10,737 bases of DNA from an uncultured bacterium (GTDB lineage: Bacteria > CSSED10-310 > CAZUFC01). The position numbers and the translations under genes are program-made. Numbering within the stretch: position 1 is the first letter of the stretch; each line of letters begins with the position of its first letter. Location of the stretch: contig CAZUFC010000203.1 of NCBI GenBank assembly GCA_964619725.1, positions 1 through 10,737 on the forward strand, given 5' to 3'. Positions 1 to 6,500 of the stretch are shown here, piece by piece. Below the pieces are notes generated by a model that was given only the letters and a program-made list of their open reading frames with translations, made no database searches and was not told where the DNA came from.

Positions 1-558
1 CCCACGATTCCTCCCACCGACACGCCGACCCTGACGCCGACCTTATCCCCCACCGAAACCGCCACCCTGACGCCGACTCTCTCTCCCACGGCAACATTGA
101 GTCCTACCGTCACCCTGACTCCCACTCATACTCTGTCGCCTACCGAATCTCCCACTTCGACGCCGACCGACAGCCCTACCTGTTCGCCCACGAGCGAACC
201 CACCGGTACGCCGACCGTCTCGCCCACGCATACTCTTTCACCCACAATCTCGCCCACTGCAACGCCGACAGACAGCCCTACCCATTCGCCCACGACAGAA
301 CCCACCGGGACGCCGACCGTCTCGCCGACGCATACTCTTTCGCCCACCGCCTCGACCACTGCAACGCCGACGAGCAGTCCTACCTCTTCGCCCACGACAG
401 AACCCTCCGATACGCCGACCTCCGGCCCCACGGCATCTCCTACGACTACTCCGACGCCTGCTCCCGTTCCTGCGCTGTCGGGAATCGGATTGACGGCGCT
501 GATCATGCTCTTCGGAATCATGCTTGCCAAAAAGCAATGTCGCATCAAGGAGCTGCTG
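1..558 (+). CDS. C-terminal part of a 5'-truncated surface protein: Pro/Thr/Ser-rich stalk followed by an IPTL-CTERM-like sorting/anchor segment. It has no stop codon and runs in frame into the next protein.
   Basis: Frame +1 is open from base 1 (PTIPPTDTPTLTPTLSPTETA...), so the TTG 'start' at 97 is a window artefact. The PT-rich tract to about 465 is followed by VPALSGIGLTALIMLFGIMLAKKQCRIK (466-549): [IV]PxLSxxGL motif, hydrophobic helix, basic tail. Confidence 0.75.
121..423 (+). repeat. Three tandem 102-bp (34-aa) intragenic repeats encoding the PT stalk
   Basis: Units start at 121, 223 and 325: PTHTLSPTESPTSTPTDSPTCSPTSEPTGTPTVS / PTHTLSPTISPTATPTDSPTHSPTTEPTGTPTVS / PTHTLSPTASTTATPTSSPTSSPTTEPSDTPTS. 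A shorter 36-bp duplication (accctgacgccgac at 28 and 64) lies upstream. Confidence 0.92.
547..552 (+). promoter_or_regulatory. Shine-Dalgarno site (AAGGAG) for an internal start at ATG 559/562
   Basis: AAGGAG-ctgctg-ATGATGAAAAAA: 6 or 9 nt spacing, directly ahead of a signal peptide. Confidence 0.75.
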
Positions 559-3500
559 ATGATGAAAAAATTTTTATCCCTCTTTTTAATGCTCGCAATA
601 CCGCTTTTACTGGCCTCCGGGGCAGCGGATGTCGCTTACGCTCAAACCGATTATTACGTCGATCAGTTGAACGGAGACGACGGAAACGACGGCCTGGCCT
701 GGGGAACGGCCAAGGCTTCAGTTCAAGCCGCGGTTGATATAGTCTCCCCACCAGCCTTAATTCACGTTGCGGAAGGGACCTACACGGAAAATGTAACCGT
801 CGGGGCCGACGATATTGCGATGATGGGCGGTTATCCCGAAGGCGGAGGCGCTCGTGATCCCGAAAGTTATATCAGCATAATCGACGGAAACGCTTCTGGC
901 GCCGCTCTGACCGTATCTAATTCCGTAAATTTTGAAGTCGACGGATTCACGATCAGAAACGGTTCAACCGCTTACGGAGGAGGTATTTCCCTCGATTCCT
1001 GCTCTTCCTGCGTTATCAGCAATTGCATCATAGAACAAAACGAAGCAGCGACAGCAGGAGCCGGCATAGCATGCTTGCAATCTTCCGTTACTCTGGAAAA
1101 CAACACTATCCAAAACAATACCGGAGCAGGCGCTGACCAAGGCGGCGGGATATTCGTATCCGAAAGCGACTTGACTGTGACGGCGAACATCATTCAGGAC
1201 AACAAAGTCACCGCTTCATCGGCCTTCGGAGGCGGATTGAGCATAGATTCCTACAGCATCGTCCTGATGAACGAAAATGAATTATTGAATAACTATTCAG
1301 TCGCTGACGGATCGCATGATACTCATTCAAGGGGCGGAGGCATTTATTGCCTGGGAGACTTGACGGTTACTGATTGTCTTTTCAGCGGCAATGAAGCCCA
1401 GTCGACTTTCAACGGGGGTTATAACGGCAATTTGCAGAAATATTCATACGGCGGAGCCGTTTTCTGCGGCGATGGAGGAATTGTCGTCTCCTCCGAAAAC
1501 GACTATTCCACAAACCAGGCATACGCATACATCATAAATACCTCCTCAAGCCGCAGAGCATACGCTTACAGTTACGGAGGCGCTTTGTATTGCGATGCCG
1601 ACGGATATATGGAGTCTGTCGGTGATTCCCTGCATGAAAACATCGCTTATGCCTACGGACAGGATACTGCTTCCAGCGGTCGGGGTTACGGCTATTCCTA
1701 CGGCGGCGCTCTTTATCTGGCTGACGGTTCTTCTGCATTGATCAGGGCAGGAGTCACAGTCGAAAATAATTCAGCGACTGCGCAGGGGTCCGGTTCCGGT
1801 TCTCGTGATTATGCCTATGTCTACGGCGGAGGAATATGCACGTGGGGTGCGACCGCCGACGTGACGATAGACGGTATCACGCTCAAAACCAATCATTTGA
1901 GCGCTACGCCAAACAACACCTCTCTCGGCGAAGGCATTTACGTCCGCGAAACGCCGCTCAATTTGTTCAATTCTTTCATCCACGATATTGAAAATGAAGC
2001 GGTTTATCTCTATTCCAGCGATGCTCAGATCATCCATTGTACCATTGTATACAACGACGGGTACGGCATTTACGCGGACGGAGGCATTCCCCTGGTCAGA
2101 AACTGCATCCTCTGGGGAAACAATGACGATCTGTATGGGCTCAGCGCAGAATATTCCGATATTCAAAGCGGAGATGCCGGACCGGGAAATCTCGATCCGC
2201 CATGCCCACCCATGTTCGCTGGAAACGGCGACTATCACATCCTGCCCGGATCATGCTGTATAGACCGCGGCTATCCTCTGGATATCCCAGACCATGATTT
2301 CGACGGCGATTACCGCCCTTACGCCTTCGGCATACCCGATATCGGCGCGGACGAAACCTCTTACGACAATCCTTCTCCTACTCCTTACGCGACTCCTTTC
2401 GGAACGCCATCTCCTGTTCCTACGCCGGCCAATGACTACTATGTCGATGGAGAACTCGGACAGGATTACAACGACGGTTTGAGCTGGAGCACGGCGAAAG
2501 AAACTCTGGGCGCAGCGTTGGCGGCGGCTGCAGCGAATGGAGGCGGCGCTGTTCACGTCGCAGCCTGGACCTATCATGAAAAAATCAATGCTTTCGATAA
2601 CCTGAGGTTATACGGCGGTTATCCAGCAGGCGGCGGACCCAGGGACCCTTCCGTCAACATTACGGTCATCGATGCCGATAATGAGGACACGCCGGTAAGA
2701 ATCGGCGCAGTATCAAACGTAGTCGTCGACGGTTTCGTCATCACCGGCGGAACCAGCGAATACGGCGGCGGAATTTACATAGGACATGCAAAACAGGTCG
2801 TCATCAACGGCAATACAATCACCCAAAACACAGCCGTTCACAACCCCGCGACGAACAATCTTGCTAGAGGCGGCGGAATTTACGCCATGGGAACCGATAT
2901 CCGGATCAGCGCCAACAAGATATCTTACAATGCGGTTACAGGAAGCGATGCATTAGGCGGAGGCATCTACTGTCCCAACGGCTACGATATAGTCATCAGC
3001 GGCAACACGCTGTCCTATAACACGTGCGAATACGCGGGCGGCGGATGCGCAATCACGAATCAGGATTCCCCTGTCGAAATTTACGATAATGTCTTTGAAT
3101 GGAACGAAGCGACAGGCGCAGAAGGTCGGGGCGGCGGCCTGTTCGTAGACGCCGGGGCAGAAGTCTCGGTTACGGACAATGAATTCAGGGACAACCGTGC
3201 CTCAAATTCCAACAACGTCAACTCAACGGTCAGCGGCGGCGGAATATATTGCGCAGGGCAAGCCGGCATCTCTGGGAACCTGTTCCTTAGAAACCAGAGC
3301 TACAATTACTTCAACTCCAGTTACGGAGACCACGCCTATCAATACGCATACGGCGGAGCATTGTTCTGTGCATCCGGAGGCATCCTTGAATCTTCGCTTA
3401 ATACATACCTTGAAAACCAGGCTTACAGTCACTCGGAAAACACAAGTTCGAGTCGCCGCGGATATGCTTACGGTTACGGAGCCGCAGCCTACTGCGACAG

Positions 3501-6500
3501 CGGCGGGAAACTGGTGATGTCCAACGACTCCATGATAGAAAACCTCTCTTACGCCTACGGAAAAGATACGGCAAGCAGCGGCCGGGGCTATGCCTATGCT
3601 CGCGGCGGAGCGCTTTATTGCACTGATGAGTCAGAAGTGACGATCGGCATCGGCAGCATCATCGAACACAATCTATGTCATGCCGAGGCATACGGCAGCA
3701 CCAGGAGGGCTTATACCTACGGCGGCGGCATTTATGTCACCGGAGCGGCTGCCAGTGTGCTTCTGGATGGATTGACGGTACGTAACAATTCCTTGTATGC
3801 TTCGCCCAACAACGCCTCCATCGGACACGGAATATACGTCAATTCCACCGCTGTGCAACTCTTCAATTCCTTTATTGTAGAGAATCCCGGTACAGGACTT
3901 TACCTGGAGGATTCCGATTCTTATATCGTGAACAACACTGTCGCGTACAATCTTAATAATGGAATCTACGGAGCCGGCGGAAGCGCGCCGCTCATCCGAA
4001 ACTGCATTCTTTGGGGCCATCCCGACGATCTGGTGAACGTAACCGCAACCTACAGCGACATACAGGGCGCTGACCCCGGCGAAGGCAACCTGGACCCGCC
4101 CTGTAATCCCGTTTTTATCGGAAACGGCGATTACCATCTGACAGAATACTCCTGCTGCATCGACAGAGGCAGCTTCGAAGGACACCTGGACCATGACGTG
4201 GACGGCGAACAAAGACCCTACGCTTTTGGAGTCCCTGATATCGGCGCTGATGAAGTTCCGGGAACTAATCCCACGCCGACGCCTTACGTCACTCCTTTCG
4301 GAACGCCTACCGTCGGTCCCAGCCCTACTCCTTCCATGGATTTCTACGTGGATGCGACAAACGGCGATGACGAAAATGACGGCCTTTCCTGGGGTTCAGC
4401 TAAAGCATCCATAAGCGCTTCGGTTAATCTGGCTGAAAGCGCCGGCGGCGGAAATGTTCACGTCGCCGAAGGACACTATACCGAAAACATCTTCTGCGTC
4501 AGCTACCTGACTCTTCTCGGAGGCTATCCCGAAGGCGGCGGGACACGCGATCCCGAGACGCATCTGACCGTTATCGACGGCGCTCACAGAGACACCGTTG
4601 TGAGAATACCCAGGGTCATCAACGTCACGATAGACGGGTTTATGATCGTAAACGGCAGAGGCGACTACGGCGGCGGATTCTATGTCGGACGGGCGCAGGA
4701 TATTCTCATCAGCAATAACCGGATTGAAAACAATTACTGCGTTGACGTGCCCTCTTCCCGCAACCTGGCCCTGGGCGGCGGTCTTTACATCCACGGCAAC
4801 AATATTCGCCTGATCGACAACACGATCATTGACAACTTCGTTGAAGGCGAGGAAGTGCTGGGCGGCGGCATCTATTGCGGCGGAGGCAGTAAAATACTGC
4901 TGGACGGCAATACGATCAGTTTCAACTATTCGGAAAATATAGGCGGCGGAATCTACGTAGCCGATTCAGAAAGTCCGGTAACCATGACCGGCAACCTCTT
5001 TGAAGGAAACATTGCAGAAAGCTCCAACGCAAAAGGAGGGGCTGTCTTTGTCGATTCCCCCGCATCAGTAGCGCTCGAAAACAACGATTTCATCAGCAAC
5101 AGCGTCGTATCTTCAAATATTGCCGATACGACGATGATGGGCGGAGCCGTCTATTGCTCAGGCGAAGCAGAGATAACCTCGAATCTGTTCCGGAACAATG
5201 AAAGCTACAACTACTATAACGGCAGCTATGGAAATTACCTCTATCAGTATTCTTACGGCGGAGCGCTCTACTGCGCAGAAGGCTGTTTGGTCAATTCTTC
5301 CGATAATGAATTCATCGAAAACAGCGTCCATGCTCATGCGGAAAACACTTCCAGCAGCCGGCGAGGCTATGCCTACGGTTACGGAGCGGCAATCTATTGC
5401 GATCAGGGTTCCAACCTCCAAATCCATAACGACATCTTAGCAAACAACATAGCCTATACTTACGCCAAAGATACGGCATCCAACGGACGCGGCTATGCCT
5501 ATTCTTACGGAGCCGCACTCTACTGCGATGACGGCGGCGCATTGACCGTCGGACGGGGAACGCTAATTGAAGAAAACCTCTGCGAGGCTTACAGTTACGC
5601 CAACAGCACCCGCAGCGCCTATGTCCGGGGCGGCGGACTCTACATAAACGGATCGAATGCCGATGTGCACATCAACAGCCTCATGCTGCGCTCAAACCAG
5701 ATGTACGCCGAACCAAACAGCGGGGCCGACGGATACGGACTCTACGTCAATTCAACGCCGCTGACGCTTTACAACACTTTTATAGTAGATCACCCCGGCA
5801 CAGCGATATACTTGAACAGCGCAGCCCCGACCATAGTCAACAATACCATCGCCGGCAACAGCGGATACGGAATATACGGCTCCTCAAGCGGCTCTGCCTT
5901 CATAAGAAACTGCCTCCTTTGGAACAACGACTACGATCTCAACGGACTGAATGCGGACTACAGCAATATTCAAAGCGGAACGACAGGCGAAGGTAACCTG
6001 ACGCCGCCCTGCAATCCCTCCTTTGTCGGAGACGGCGATTATCATCTACGACATTCCTCCTGTTGCATAGACAGAGGTACCAATAACTATGCGCCTATGG
6101 ATGATTTCGATGGAGATTACAGGCCTTTCGGTATGGGCAGAAACGATATTGGGGCAGACGAAACGAGTTATACGAACCCCACGCCTCCTCCCAGCGTGAC
6201 GCCTTATACTCCCACGCCCACAGGTTCTCCGACGCCGACGCCTGCATCCGAATATTATGTTGACCTGGTAAACGGCGATGACGAAAATGACGGACTGAGC
6301 TGGGCCACTGCCAAGGCGAGCATCACTGCAGCTTTGAATTCAGCGGTTTCGGGCGGTTTCATACGCACTGCAGAAGGAGAGTACAAAGAAAATATCCAGT
6401 TGTTGAGCGATATCACCCTGCTGGGCGGATACCCTTCAGGCGGCGGCGCAAGAGACCCGTCAGCCAATACGACGATAATCAACGGCAGGCATGACGATGC

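Noticed and set aside
97-99. TTG start of the 3020-aa ORF
   Set aside because: The frame is open and PT-rich from base 1 and there is no SD. The true start lies upstream of the window.
528-534. -1 frameshift slippery site C-AAA-AAG
   Set aside because: Not a full X-XXY-YYZ heptamer, no evident stimulatory structure, and the -1 frame gives only a nondescript ORF ending at 737.
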